The translations under genes and the position numbers were made by a program. Shown in pieces: positions 28,081-37,450 of a stretch of DNA of 64,000 bases; position 1 is the first letter of the stretch, and each line of letters begins with the position of its first letter. The notes under the pieces were generated by a model. That model was not told the origin of the DNA and ran no database searches. It saw only the letters and a program-made list of their open reading frames with translations. Source of the DNA: an uncultured Bacillota bacterium (GTDB taxonomy: Bacteria; Sysuimicrobiota; Sysuimicrobiia; Sysuimicrobiales; Segetimicrobiaceae); the NCBI GenBank assembly GCA_963804645.1, contig CAWDRG010000019.1:160001-224000 (forward strand). The letters are read 5' to 3'.

Positions 28081-28183
28081 ACGGGGATTGTACGATGCCG
28101 TCGCGCGGCGCCGCAACGGTGTGCCGCGCCACGCGTCGACGGGCGGCGGAGGAGACGCGCCCCCGGCCGGCGTACCCCGCGGC

Positions 28184-28708
28184 ATGACCGTCCGGCGCAC
28201 GCTCGCGCTGGCGCTCGCGGGCGCCGTCCTCGCGACGGCGTGCGCCGGTGGACCCCAAGCGGCGCGCCCGCAGGGCGGGGCGCCTGTTCCGTCATCCCGG
28301 GTCGGGCTCAGCACCGACACCGCGTTTGTGACCGTGGTGCGCGCGACCGCGGTGGGCAGCACGTCGGCGCGCCTCGGGACACGGGAGGGGGCGTCCGTCC
28401 TCGAGGCGGCGTGGCGCCTGATCGGGACGGCCCCGTCGGTGGCCCCCGAGCCGGGCGGGCCGCGCTTCCTCGTGAATTTACGCCTCAACGCGTCGCTCGT
28501 GGACGTGTCGATCTGGGACCCGCAGACGCTGGTGATCGCCGGACGCAGATTCGCGAACGTGTCCGGCATCGTCATCCCGCTGACCGGGAGCTGGGAGGGG
28601 CGCGTGTTCATTGTGCGAGAAGGAGTGGTGGACGTGTCCCCGGCGCTCGCGCCCGCCGACGTGGCGAGCTTCGAGACGGCGGTGGAGGCGGCCGGTGGCC
28701 ATTCATGA
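28184..28708 (+). CDS. hypothetical lipoprotein
   Basis: Signal peptide 'MTVRRTLALALAGAVLATAC' ending in a lipobox-like Cys. Confidence 0.65.
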   Translation: MTVRRTLALALAGAVLATACAGGPQAARPQGGAPVPSSRVGLSTDTAFVTVVRATAVGSTSARLGTREGASVLEAAWRLIGTAPSVAPEPGGPRFLVNLRLNASLVDVSIWDPQTLVIAGRRFANVSGIVIPLTGSWEGRVFIVREGVVDVSPALAPADVASFETAVEAAGGHS

Positions 28709-28726
28709 GGGTGAGGTGACGACCGG

Positions 28727-30019
28727 ATGACGGCGACGACGATCGAACGCATCGGGGAGCATGCCGGGGAAGAGGTCGAGATCCGGGGCTGGCTCTATCA
28801 CCTGCGCAGCAGCGGTGCGCTGCACTTCCTGCTGGTCCGCGACGGCACCGGGATCGTGCAGGCCGTCGCGGTGCGGGCGGAGCTCCCGCCCGAGGTGTTC
28901 GCGGCGGCGGGCGATCTCACCCAGGAGTCCGCGGTCGTGATCGCCGGCCTCGCCCGGGAAGACCGCCGGGCGCCGGGGGGATATGAAGTGGCGCTCCGGC
29001 GCCTCGAGGTGGTGCAGCGGGCCGAGCCGTATCCGATCACGCCCAAGGAGCACGGCGTCGAGTTCCTGATGGACCACCGGCACCTGTGGCTCAGGAGTCA
29101 GCGGCAGTGGGCGATCATGCGCGTTCGGGCGGAGGTCGAGCGGGCGATGTGCGACTATCTCGACGACCTCGGCTACCTCCGGATGGACACGCCGATCCTG
29201 ACCCCGTCCGCGTGCGAGGGGACCTCAAACCTGTTCGAGACCCCGTACTTCGAGCGCCAGGCGTACCTCACGCAGAGCGGCCAGCTGTACAACGAGGCGA
29301 CCGCCATGGCGTTCGGACGGGTCTACTGCTTCGGCCCGACGTTTCGCGCCGAGAAGTCCAAGACCCGGCGGCATCTCACGGAGTTCTGGATGCTCGAGCC
29401 GGAAGCGGCCTTTCTCGATCTCGACGGGTATATGGACCTGGCGGAGGGCTTGGTCGTCGCGGTCGTGCGCCGTGTGCTCGAGCGGCGGCGGCGGGAGCTC
29501 GTGCTGCTGGAGCGCGACCTCGCGCCCCTCGAGCGCGTCGCGTCGCCGTTCCCGCGGATCACCTACGACGACGCGGTCGAGCGCCTGCGGGCGCAGGGCG
29601 CCGCGGTCGCGTGGGGCGACGACTTCGGCGGCGACGAGGAGACGGTGCTGAGCCGGCAGTTCGACCGTCCGGTGTTCGTCCACCGGTATCCGGCTCAGTG
29701 CAAGGCGTTCTACATGCAGCCGGATCCGGCCCGCCCGGAGGTGGTGCTCGGCGCGGATCTCCTGGCCCCCGAGGGGTACGGCGAGATCGTCGGCGGCGGC
29801 GAGCGCATCCATGACCTCGCGCTGATGGAGCGGCGCCTCGATGAGATGAAGCTGCCGCGCGCGGAGTACGCGTGGTACGTGGATCTGCGTCGGTTCGGGT
29901 CCGTGCCCCACAGCGGATTCGGCATCGGGATCGAACGGACCGTGGCGTGGGTGTGCGGCCTGGAGCACGTGCGGGAGACCATTCCGTTCCCGCGGCTGAT
30001 CAACCGCCTGTATCCGTGA
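28727..30019 (+). CDS. asnS: asparagine--tRNA ligase
   Basis: '[13 protein letters not shown]', 'YLTQSGQLY', '[17 protein letters not shown]', '[10 protein letters not shown]'. Confidence 0.97.
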   Translation: MTATTIERIGEHAGEEVEIRGWLYHLRSSGALHFLLVRDGTGIVQAVAVRAELPPEVFAAAGDLTQESAVVIAGLAREDRRAPGGYEVALRRLEVVQRAEPYPITPKEHGVEFLMDHRHLWLRSQRQWAIMRVRAEVERAMCDYLDDLGYLRMDTPILTPSACEGTSNLFETPYFERQAYLTQSGQLYNEATAMAFGRVYCFGPTFRAEKSKTRRHLTEFWMLEPEAAFLDLDGYMDLAEGLVVAVVRRVLERRRRELVLLERDLAPLERVASPFPRITYDDAVERLRAQGAAVAWGDDFGGDEETVLSRQFDRPVFVHRYPAQCKAFYMQPDPARPEVVLGADLLAPEGYGEIVGGGERIHDLALMERRLDEMKLPRAEYAWYVDLRRFGSVPHSGFGIGIERTVAWVCGLEHVRETIPFPRLINRLYP

Positions 30020-30026
30020 TGCGCCG

Positions 30027-30728
30027 CTACGGCGCCGGCTGGACCTCTCCCGATCCGGTGATGTGCTGGATGATCTCGCGGGGCTGCCCGACGTAGCTGA
30101 CCTGGCCGGTGCCGGAGATGGTCGCCGTGAGCTGATCGCGCGCGTCGACCGCGACCTGGCCCACCCCCGCGATCACGACGTCGACGAGATCGGCCGGGAG
30201 CCGACGCGCATCGACGTCGGCGACGCCCGTGACTTCGATCGTCAGATGGCGGACCGCGCCCGAGAGCGTGGCGCGCCCCGCGCCCGCGAACCGCGCCGTG
30301 AACGCGTCGCCGGAGATCTGCGAGGCCGCGAGCGTCCCGGTGCCGGTCGCCGAGAGGTCCGCGAGCCGCCAGGTGAAGATGTCGAGGCGGGGCGGCCGCG
30401 AGGGCTGCAGGGTGGTGCCGCGCTGCGTACCGATCGAGAGCGTGTCCTTCGTGATCGAGGTTTCAATGTAGGGGAGGAGGCTGGCATCGGTGTACAGGGT
30501 CACGTCGGGGGTCGACCCGGCCAGTACCTGGACATCGTATGCGCCACCCACGTGCAGTTCGGTGAAGTAGGGCATCGCGCGCGCCTCGGCGACGATGCCG
30601 CCCGCTCCGGCGACGATCGCGGGGGACGTGGCGCACCCCCCGGCGACGAGCCCGAGCGCGGCGACCGCGGTCGCGGTCCAGCGCCGGAGCCGGTCTGGGC
30701 GTCGCGCCGGTGCCGTGAGACGGCTCAT
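30027..30728 (-). CDS. DUF2807 (head GIN domain) lipoprotein
   Basis: Lipobox 'VAGGC'; repeated beta-helix units '(I/V)xG.G.(V/A)'; terminal 'SY.G.P......GSG.V'. Confidence 0.8.
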   Translation of the reverse strand: MSRLTAPARRPDRLRRWTATAVAALGLVAGGCATSPAIVAGAGGIVAEARAMPYFTELHVGGAYDVQVLAGSTPDVTLYTDASLLPYIETSITKDTLSIGTQRGTTLQPSRPPRLDIFTWRLADLSATGTGTLAASQISGDAFTARFAGAGRATLSGAVRHLTIEVTGVADVDARRLPADLVDVVIAGVGQVAVDARDQLTATISGTGQVSYVGQPREIIQHITGSGEVQPAP

Positions 30729-30784
30729 CGTGCCTCCCCCTCGGTCGCTGTTGCGGACTCGATTCGCCGCGGCCGTCCGCGGCC

Positions 30785-31501
30785 CTACGAGTAGAACTCG
30801 GGCGCTTTCTTGAGCTTCTTCCATTCCTCCGCATCGTGGCCGTAGATGATGAGGCTCACATGCTCGCGGGCGGCGAGGTCCACGAGTTTGCGCGTACTCG
30901 CGCGCACGCCGTCCTCGTCGAGGTCGTACGGGCCGATCGGGCGGGTCTCCGGCGTGTGGTCCCGCAGGGCCTGGGGCATCGCGTCGATCGCGAGCAGCAC
31001 GGGGCCGGTCTCTGGCAGGCGCACCAGCACCGATTGATGCCCGGGGACGTGGCCGCTCGTTTCGATCAGCTCGATGCCCGGCAGCAGCGTGGTATCGCCG
31101 TGGATCAGATTGTAGCGCAGCTGCGGGTTGCCCCACTGGTCCCGCGTCCCGGCGAACCGGGGGTGGCCGCCGCGCGCCGCCTGGTACTGCCGGCGCTGCG
31201 CGACGATCTCCGATGCGGTGAAGGCTCCGAGCGAGCCCGCGTGGTCCCCATCGAAATGCGTCGCGATGACGTACTTGATGTCAGCGGGAGGCACACCGAG
31301 GCGCATCAGCTGGCTGAGGACGAGGTCCTCCTTGTTGACGATGAAGCCTTTGTGATCGGGACGGTGGCTGGTCTCCACCATCTTGGGGCCGAACCCGGTG
31401 TCCACGAGGACGTTCGTCCCGTCGTCCGTGCGAATGAGATACCCCGGCGCCGGCGCTCCCGTGGTTGGGTTGAAGGCGAGCTGCATGACGTAGAGCTTCA
31501 T
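30785..31501 (-). CDS. metallo-beta-lactamase-fold hydrolase, AHL-lactonase-like
   Basis: 'LVDTG', 'THFDGDHAG', 'TSGHVPGHQS', 'IDA', 'YGHD'. Confidence 0.85.
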   Translation of the reverse strand: MKLYVMQLAFNPTTGAPAPGYLIRTDDGTNVLVDTGFGPKMVETSHRPDHKGFIVNKEDLVLSQLMRLGVPPADIKYVIATHFDGDHAGSLGAFTASEIVAQRRQYQAARGGHPRFAGTRDQWGNPQLRYNLIHGDTTLLPGIELIETSGHVPGHQSVLVRLPETGPVLLAIDAMPQALRDHTPETRPIGPYDLDEDGVRASTRKLVDLAAREHVSLIIYGHDAEEWKKLKKAPEFYS

Positions 31502-31757
31502 CGGTGGTCCCCCCGTCGTATGCTAGATGCCGCGGCGTCCCGTGCCGCGTTTTGCAGGCATGCAATCGAGCCGGGCAGCGCCGTGCCGCCCAACTCCACT
31601 CGGCGTATCTTCCACGCGGCGCCGCCGACACCTTGCGTTGACGCTAATATCATGTGCCCCAGATCACGTCTACCCGGTCGTCGAGACGGGTATAACGATT
31701 CTTGATAGCTGGTTGAGACCGATCCGCAGCCGTGTCAGCCAAAGTCGAACCGGGAGG

Positions 31758-33254
31758 ATGACGGCGGTGCTGTCACCAGGCGGGCCGGGAAAGATCGTCG
31801 GCTTTCTCGATCGACTGGCCGGGGAGTTCACGGCCGTCGTCAACCTGTCCGACTTCCTCCAGTGGATCGTGAGCGTGTTGGGCGAGGATCTGGGCTACGA
31901 CTCGTGTGCCGCGGCGCTGGTGAACGACCGCGACCCCGACGTGATGGTGGTGGGGGCCGCGTCAGGATTACTGCTCGGTCTGCTGGGCACCACGATCTCT
32001 GCGCGACGTGGCGTGTGCGGGGCCGTCCTGCGGTCCGGCAAGCCGGTGTTTGTGCCCGTCCCGAAGCGTCCGACGGCCGCCGGGGCCGCGGCGTGCGCGG
32101 CCGGCGGTGCCGCGTATATTCCGCTCGCGATCCGCGAGCGCGTCATCGGCGTCCTGCGCGTGTGCCGGCGTCCGCCGGGGACGCTGACCGACCACGACCT
32201 GGCCCTGCTCACCGCGATCGTGCGGTACCTCGGCAGCGCGCTCGAGGTCGCCTATCTGCACCAGCAGGCGAAGGACATCTCCGGGACCGACGCGCTGACG
32301 GGACTGGCGAATCGTCGGGCGTTCCTGGATCGCATCGAGGCGGAGATGGCCCGGGCCCGGCGGAGCGGCGGGCGCGTGACGATTGTGCTGCTGGACACCA
32401 ACGAGTTCAAAGCGGTGAACGACGCGTACGGCCATTATATGGGGGACCGCGCGCTCATCCGCGTCGCGGAGGCCCTCGTGCGCAACATCCGCCGGTCCGA
32501 TCTGGCCGTGCGGTACGGGGGCGACGAGTTCCTCGTGGTGATGCCGGACACCGCGATGGCGCAGGCGCGGCGGGTCATCGCGCGGATCGGCGTCGAGGCC
32601 CTGCACGTCGACGTCAAGGACCTTCCGCGAGTGACCCTCAGCATGTCCTGGGGCGCCGCGACGTGGCCGGACGACGCGGCAACGACGGACGGCCTGCTGC
32701 GGGTCGCCGACGCGCGCCTCTACGCGATGAAGCGCGGACGTCGGAGCATTCCCGAGGCGCCGCCCGAGCTGCCGGCGCCGGTCCGCGCATCCACGGTGCG
32801 GCGCTGGGCGCGGGCGGTGCCGCTCGCCGTGTCCGCAGCGGCGGCGGCGCTCACGCTCGTCGCGGCGGGGGCGCTGTTCAGCGGCGCCGCCGGTGTCCGC
32901 CACGCGGTGCTGGCCTACCGGTCGGGGCCGGCGCCTGCGGTGGAACACGCCGCGGTGCCGAGCCGTCCCGTCGCGACCCCGCGAGCGTCGCTCGTGCCAG
33001 CGCGGGGCGTCCCGCCGGCCGCGGGAAGCGGGCGGCGCGTCGTCGTGGTCTCCGGGCTGCTGTCGGTCCCGGCCGCCGCGCGGGCGCGGGCAGCGCTCGC
33101 CGAGATCGGCCTGATCCCAGGGTTTCGCCACATGGCGTTCGCACCCGACGTCGCGCGGCTCTTCTACGGGACGTTCACGTCGGTCGCGCAGGCGCGCGTC
33201 TTGGCAGGGCGGGTGCGGGCCGCGGGCTATCCCGCGTTCGTGATCGTGCTGTGA
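31758..33254 (+). CDS. GAF-GGDEF diguanylate cyclase with C-terminal TM and SPOR-like domain
   Basis: GAF region, 'DALTGLANRR', 'FKAVNDAYGH..GD', 'RRSD...RYGGDEF'; TM at ~32815-32890; 'RLFYGTFTS..QA..LA..VRAAGYPAFV'. Confidence 0.85.
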   Translation: MTAVLSPGGPGKIVGFLDRLAGEFTAVVNLSDFLQWIVSVLGEDLGYDSCAAALVNDRDPDVMVVGAASGLLLGLLGTTISARRGVCGAVLRSGKPVFVPVPKRPTAAGAAACAAGGAAYIPLAIRERVIGVLRVCRRPPGTLTDHDLALLTAIVRYLGSALEVAYLHQQAKDISGTDALTGLANRRAFLDRIEAEMARARRSGGRVTIVLLDTNEFKAVNDAYGHYMGDRALIRVAEALVRNIRRSDLAVRYGGDEFLVVMPDTAMAQARRVIARIGVEALHVDVKDLPRVTLSMSWGAATWPDDAATTDGLLRVADARLYAMKRGRRSIPEAPPELPAPVRASTVRRWARAVPLAVSAAAAALTLVAAGALFSGAAGVRHAVLAYRSGPAPAVEHAAVPSRPVATPRASLVPARGVPPAAGSGRRVVVVSGLLSVPAAARARAALAEIGLIPGFRHMAFAPDVARLFYGTFTSVAQARVLAGRVRAAGYPAFVIVL

Positions 33255-33319
33255 TCCCGGCGCGCTGAGCGCCGCGTCGCCGCAGACTGCGGCACGTTCC
33301 CCGGGTCGCGGCAGCGCCG

Positions 33320-34825
33320 ATGCGCAGAGGGCAACTCGCGGTGCGGTGGCGCGATTTTGCCGCCGGGGCGGCGGCCGGGGCGGCGGGGACGCTCGCCGCG
33401 TTCGCGCTGCGCATTGTCGGCGGTGCGCCGACACCGGACGAGATCCTGGCGCAGTGGTTCGTGGGACGCCTTCCATTTCCCGTCTTCGCATGGCTGCTCG
33501 CTGCGCTGCAGCACGCCGCCAAACCCCTCGCGTTCGCGCTGACTGTCGCCGCGACGCTCATGGGATGCGGGCTCGGCGGCCTGGCGTACGGCCGGGGCAT
33601 CCGGGCGCCTCGGCACCGCTCGCGCTTCGCTCAGGCCTCGGCCGCGGCCGTCGGGGCTGCGGCGCTCGGCGCCGTCGTCGTGCTGTCTCTCCGCGGCGTG
33701 CTCAGCGCGGCCGTCGTGGCGCCGGCGCTGCCGCTCGCCGTCGGCGCGGCGCTCTATGGGCTGCTGCTGGCCCGGTGGATCCCGGGGACGGCGCCCGCCC
33801 GCATACCCGGCACCGGGACACTGTCCGGAGAGCCGGTCGGCGCCGCACGGGTCGCGCGCCGGCGCCTGCTACGCCACTCCGCGCTGCTCGTCACCGGGCT
33901 CGCCGCGGCCGTGTTGATCGTGCGCCGGATCGCCCGGGCGCCCGCCGCCGCGCGCGGGCTGCCGCCGGAAGTCACCCCGAACGACCAATTCTATCAGGTC
34001 TCGAAAAACTATCCGTTCGATCCGACCGTGGACCGGGCCACATGGTCGCTCGAGGTTGGGGGGCTCGTGGCCGCGCCGCTCACGCTGTCGTACGCCGAGT
34101 TCCTGCGCGCCGCCCCGCCCGTGGAGTGCTACCGCACCCTTGAATGCATCAGCAATGAGGTGGGCGGCGACCTGATCGGGAACGCGAAGTGGAAGGGGAT
34201 CCGGGTGCGCGATGTCCTGGCGCTCGCCGGGGTGCGTCCGACCGCGACCACGGTGGTGTGGCGGAGCGCGGACGGGTACCGCGAGTCGGTGCCGCTGGCG
34301 GCGGCGATGGATCCGGACGCGCTGCTCGTCTACGAGATGAACGGTGCCGCTCTTCCACAGAAGCACGGCGCGCCCGTCCGGGTGCTGCTTCCGAACCGCT
34401 ACGGTATGAAGCAGCCCAAGTGGCTGACCGCGATCGAGGTCTCCCGGCTCGACATCATGGGGTACTGGGAGCGGCAGGGGTTGAGCAAGGCGGCCATCGT
34501 GAAGACGCAGAGCGCCTTCCTGGAGGCCGCGCCGGGCGCGCTCGTGTCCCTCGGCGGCTGGGCGTTCGCCGGGCGCCGCGGCATCGCTCGGGTCGAGATC
34601 AGTGCGGACGGCGGGACCTCGTGGATCCCGGCGTCGGTCAGCGCACCGCTGGACACGAACTGCTGGCAGTTTTGGACCGCGGCGTGGCGCGCGCCGGGGC
34701 CGGGCGAGTACACGCTCACGGTGCGGGCCGCCGACGCCGCGGGCGTCTATCAGGCCGGCAGATTCAGACGCCTTCCCGACGGCGCCGAGGGCTACGACGC
34801 CGTGCGCGTGCACGTCTCGGGGTAG
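33320..34825 (+). CDS. membrane-bound molybdopterin oxidoreductase (sulfite oxidase family)
   Basis: N-terminal TMs, 'TPNDQFY.VSKN', 'TLECISN..GG.LIGNA.W.G', 'HGAPVR', 'YGMKQPKW', C-terminal dimerisation domain. Confidence 0.9.
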   Translation: MRRGQLAVRWRDFAAGAAAGAAGTLAAFALRIVGGAPTPDEILAQWFVGRLPFPVFAWLLAALQHAAKPLAFALTVAATLMGCGLGGLAYGRGIRAPRHRSRFAQASAAAVGAAALGAVVVLSLRGVLSAAVVAPALPLAVGAALYGLLLARWIPGTAPARIPGTGTLSGEPVGAARVARRRLLRHSALLVTGLAAAVLIVRRIARAPAAARGLPPEVTPNDQFYQVSKNYPFDPTVDRATWSLEVGGLVAAPLTLSYAEFLRAAPPVECYRTLECISNEVGGDLIGNAKWKGIRVRDVLALAGVRPTATTVVWRSADGYRESVPLAAAMDPDALLVYEMNGAALPQKHGAPVRVLLPNRYGMKQPKWLTAIEVSRLDIMGYWERQGLSKAAIVKTQSAFLEAAPGALVSLGGWAFAGRRGIARVEISADGGTSWIPASVSAPLDTNCWQFWTAAWRAPGPGEYTLTVRAADAAGVYQAGRFRRLPDGAEGYDAVRVHVSG

Positions 34826-34945
34826 CGGCCCGGGGCCAAGGCGGGCGGCAGGCCCGCGAGACGAGGACCTCGAGTTCCCCGTGACGGTGCGCGCACAGTA
34901 TGATGTGATGGTCTGCGCCGGCGACCAGTTCGTGGAGGTGCGTGC

Positions 34946-35242
34946 ATGGGCCAGCTCCTTGCCGTCTTCCGGTCACGAGGCGACGCGTGGAATCACGCGC
35001 GTCCGATGGAGGGACAGGAAGACTGGCCGGCTCACGCCGCGTTCATGAACGTGCTCCAGGCAGACGGGTTCGTGGTGCTGGGTGGGCCGCTCGAGGGAAC
35101 GCCCGACACGCTCCTGATCATCCGCGCGAACGATGCGCAGGAGGTCGCGTCACGCCTGGCCGGCGACCCGTGGACGCGCAGCGGCTTGCTGCGAATGACG
35201 CGGGTCGCTCCTTGGACACTCCGCCTCGGCTCCCTCGGGTGA
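34946..35242 (+). CDS. YciI-like protein
   Basis: 'W.AHAAFM......GFVVLGGPL', 'DPW'. Confidence 0.75.
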   Translation: MGQLLAVFRSRGDAWNHARPMEGQEDWPAHAAFMNVLQADGFVVLGGPLEGTPDTLLIIRANDAQEVASRLAGDPWTRSGLLRMTRVAPWTLRLGSLG

Positions 35243-35353
35243 CGCCTGGAGCGCGACGCGGCCGCGCGATGTTCTAGACGGCGGCGTGGCCGAGGCTCCC
35301 CGCTCGGGTGCCGACGGCAGGAGTTCGAACCACCCACCGGAACCCCATCACAC

Positions 35354-35662
35354 ATGGCCGCGTACATCGTGATCATGCGATTGCACACCCGCAATCCCGC
35401 AGAACTCGGCGCGTACGCGAAGGACGCGCCGGCGTTTCTCGCCGGACACGCGGTGAAGTTCCTCGCACGCTTTGGCCCCTGCGAGGTGGTCGAGGGACCG
35501 GCGGTCGAAGGCGTCGCCATCCTCGAGTTCCCGACGGCCGCGGAGGCCCGGGCCTGGTATCGGAGCCCCGCGTACCAGGCGGCGAGCCAGCATCGTTTTC
35601 TCGGCGGCGATTACAGCGCCGTGATCGTGGAGGGCGCCGACGCGGACAGCACCCATCGCTAG
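35354..35662 (+). CDS. DUF1330 protein
   Basis: 'MAAYIV', 'VEG', 'ILEFP..AEARAWY.SPAYQ'. Confidence 0.88.
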   Translation: MAAYIVIMRLHTRNPAELGAYAKDAPAFLAGHAVKFLARFGPCEVVEGPAVEGVAILEFPTAAEARAWYRSPAYQAASQHRFLGGDYSAVIVEGADADSTHR

Positions 35663-35704
35663 AGAGGTGCCGCTCCCGCGCCGCGGCCGCCTGGCGCCTT
35701 TTTG

Positions 35705-35718
35705 GGAACATCTGTTCG
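35705..35718. promoter_or_regulatory. candidate LexA (GAAC-N4-GTTC) operator
   Basis: GGAACATCTGTTCG, with degenerate copies at 35724-35737 and 35740-35748. Confidence 0.45.
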
Positions 35719-35921
35719 CCAGGCGAAGAATTGTCCGTTCGAACAGATAGGGGATCGCCCCGTCGGCGCGAACCCTCAAGCTTTGTGTCCGGCATCTCTG
35801 AGGGGTCACGGGAGGAGCCGCGGGTGATGATCGCTCACGACCTCACGGCGGTGGCAACTCTGCTTCGGGCGGCGCGGCGCCCCGACGTGGGCCGCCCCAT
35901 GCACCGGGACGGTCTTTCCTG

Positions 35922-36314
35922 ATGGTGGTGCCGGCCGTGTGCCGACCGCTGCTCAGCAGGCGCGGTCTCGGCATACCCGTCGTCGGCACGTTGGTGCTGT
36001 TGCTCTGCGCTGGCGCGGCGCCCGCGTGGGTCGCGACCTCGGACGTGCCGACGGTCGAGCGCTTCCAGGGGATCTACCTGCAGCAGGCGGTCGAGATCGC
36101 GACGGTCGGCGACCGCATGGTGCTCGAGACTCGGTATACGCGGTTCGAGAAGTGCGGCGGGAAGCGAGGCCTCGCCGAGGAGTACAACGACCACACCGTG
36201 GAGATCCTGGGCCGCGAGACCGTCGGGGTCGGATTCGTGGCCGGGGTCGTCAATCTGATCGAGGGGTGTCCGTCCCCCTCCGCCCCGGCGCCCCAGCCGG
36301 CCGGCGGCGGCTGA
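35922..36314 (+). CDS. hypothetical secreted protein
   Basis: Signal-like N-terminus, two Cys in the mature part, coding-like codon usage. Confidence 0.55.
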   Translation: MVVPAVCRPLLSRRGLGIPVVGTLVLLLCAGAAPAWVATSDVPTVERFQGIYLQQAVEIATVGDRMVLETRYTRFEKCGGKRGLAEEYNDHTVEILGRETVGVGFVAGVVNLIEGCPSPSAPAPQPAGGG

Positions 36315-36387
36315 CCGGATCGACCCCACCCTGGGGGAGCGAGGGTGCGATGCCGGCCGCCGCGCCGCCAGCGGTTCCCGCCGCGCG

Positions 36388-37320
36388 TCAGCGCAGCGAG
36401 GAGACGATCAGATCGGTGTTGTGCCGCATCATCCTCAGGTAGGTGTCGCCGTCGGACCCCGCAGGGCCAAGCGTGTCCCCGTAGAGATTGGTGACGACCC
36501 GCACGCCGGTTTCCTGGCCGATCTGCTCTTCGACCTTGGGGTTGACCGAGGTCTCGAGGAAGATCGCCTTGACGTGCTCGCTGCGGATGACCCCGACGAG
36601 CTGCGCGAGGTGCTGCGCGGAGACCTCGGCCTCCGTGTTGGTGCTCGGAATCACGGCCCCGACGAGGGTGAGTCCGTAGCGCGTCACGTAGTAGCTGAAC
36701 GCGTCGTGGCTCGTCACGAGCTTTCGCTCGGCCCGCCGCAGGGTGGCGATCTGCGCGAAGATGTACTTGTCGAGCGCGTCGAGCTGCGGGACATAGCGCG
36801 CCGCGTTGGCCCGATAGTAGGCGGCGTTGGCCGGGTCGGCCTGCGCCATCGCGTCGCGAATGTTGGCGACCATCTGCGCGGCGTTCGGGACGGCAAACCA
36901 GATGTGCGGATCGCCCCGCGGAGACTCGCGGCTTCCCGGCAGCAGCGAGATGCCCCGGCTGGTATCCACGACCCGGACGCGCCGGTGCACGCTCTGTAAC
37001 AGATTGACCATCCACGCGTCTTCCATGCCCGCGCCATTTTCCACGAGCAGGTCGGCGGCTGAGAGCTTTTGCAGATCCCCCGGCACGGCCTCGTAGTCAT
37101 GCGGGTCGACGTTGGCCGGCAGAATCCCCACCACCTGCGCCGCGTTGCCGGCGACGATGCGCGCGAAATCGGTGACCTGCGTCGTGGTCGCCACCACCCG
37201 GAGCGGCCGCGCTGCGCTGGCGCTCGACCCGGCGCCCGTCCATGCGAGCCCGATCACAAGCAGGGCGGTCACCCCTGCGAGGGCCCCGCGCTGCCACAAC
37301 CTGAAGCGCGTCATCTGCAT
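36388..37320 (-). CDS. Zn/Mn ABC transporter substrate-binding protein (cluster A-I)
   Basis: 'VVATTT', 'DPHDYE', 'NGAGME', 'DPHIW', 'HDAFSY', 'YGDTLG'; GGGAGG SD. Confidence 0.93.
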   Translation of the reverse strand: MQMTRFRLWQRGALAGVTALLVIGLAWTGAGSSASAARPLRVVATTTQVTDFARIVAGNAAQVVGILPANVDPHDYEAVPGDLQKLSAADLLVENGAGMEDAWMVNLLQSVHRRVRVVDTSRGISLLPGSRESPRGDPHIWFAVPNAAQMVANIRDAMAQADPANAAYYRANAARYVPQLDALDKYIFAQIATLRRAERKLVTSHDAFSYYVTRYGLTLVGAVIPSTNTEAEVSAQHLAQLVGVIRSEHVKAIFLETSVNPKVEEQIGQETGVRVVTNLYGDTLGPAGSDGDTYLRMMRHNTDLIVSSLR

Positions 37321-37364
37321 CGTGCGTGTCCTCCCTCCCGTACGTGAGTCGCGGTAGTCAGGGT

Positions 37365-37387
37365 AAACGACATCAATTGTCATTATG
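37365..37387 (-). promoter_or_regulatory. internal -10 element plus a Fur/Zur-like palindrome upstream of the binding protein
   Basis: Minus strand CATAATGACAATTGATGTCGTTT: AT-rich imperfect palindrome AAYGACA-N5-TGTCRTT overlapping CATAAT. Confidence 0.5.
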
Positions 37388-37450
37388 CCCACTGGTCGAT
37401 GCGGTCGGACGGCCGTGGGGGGTCGGAGGCGCATCGCGTCGGAGCCGCCG

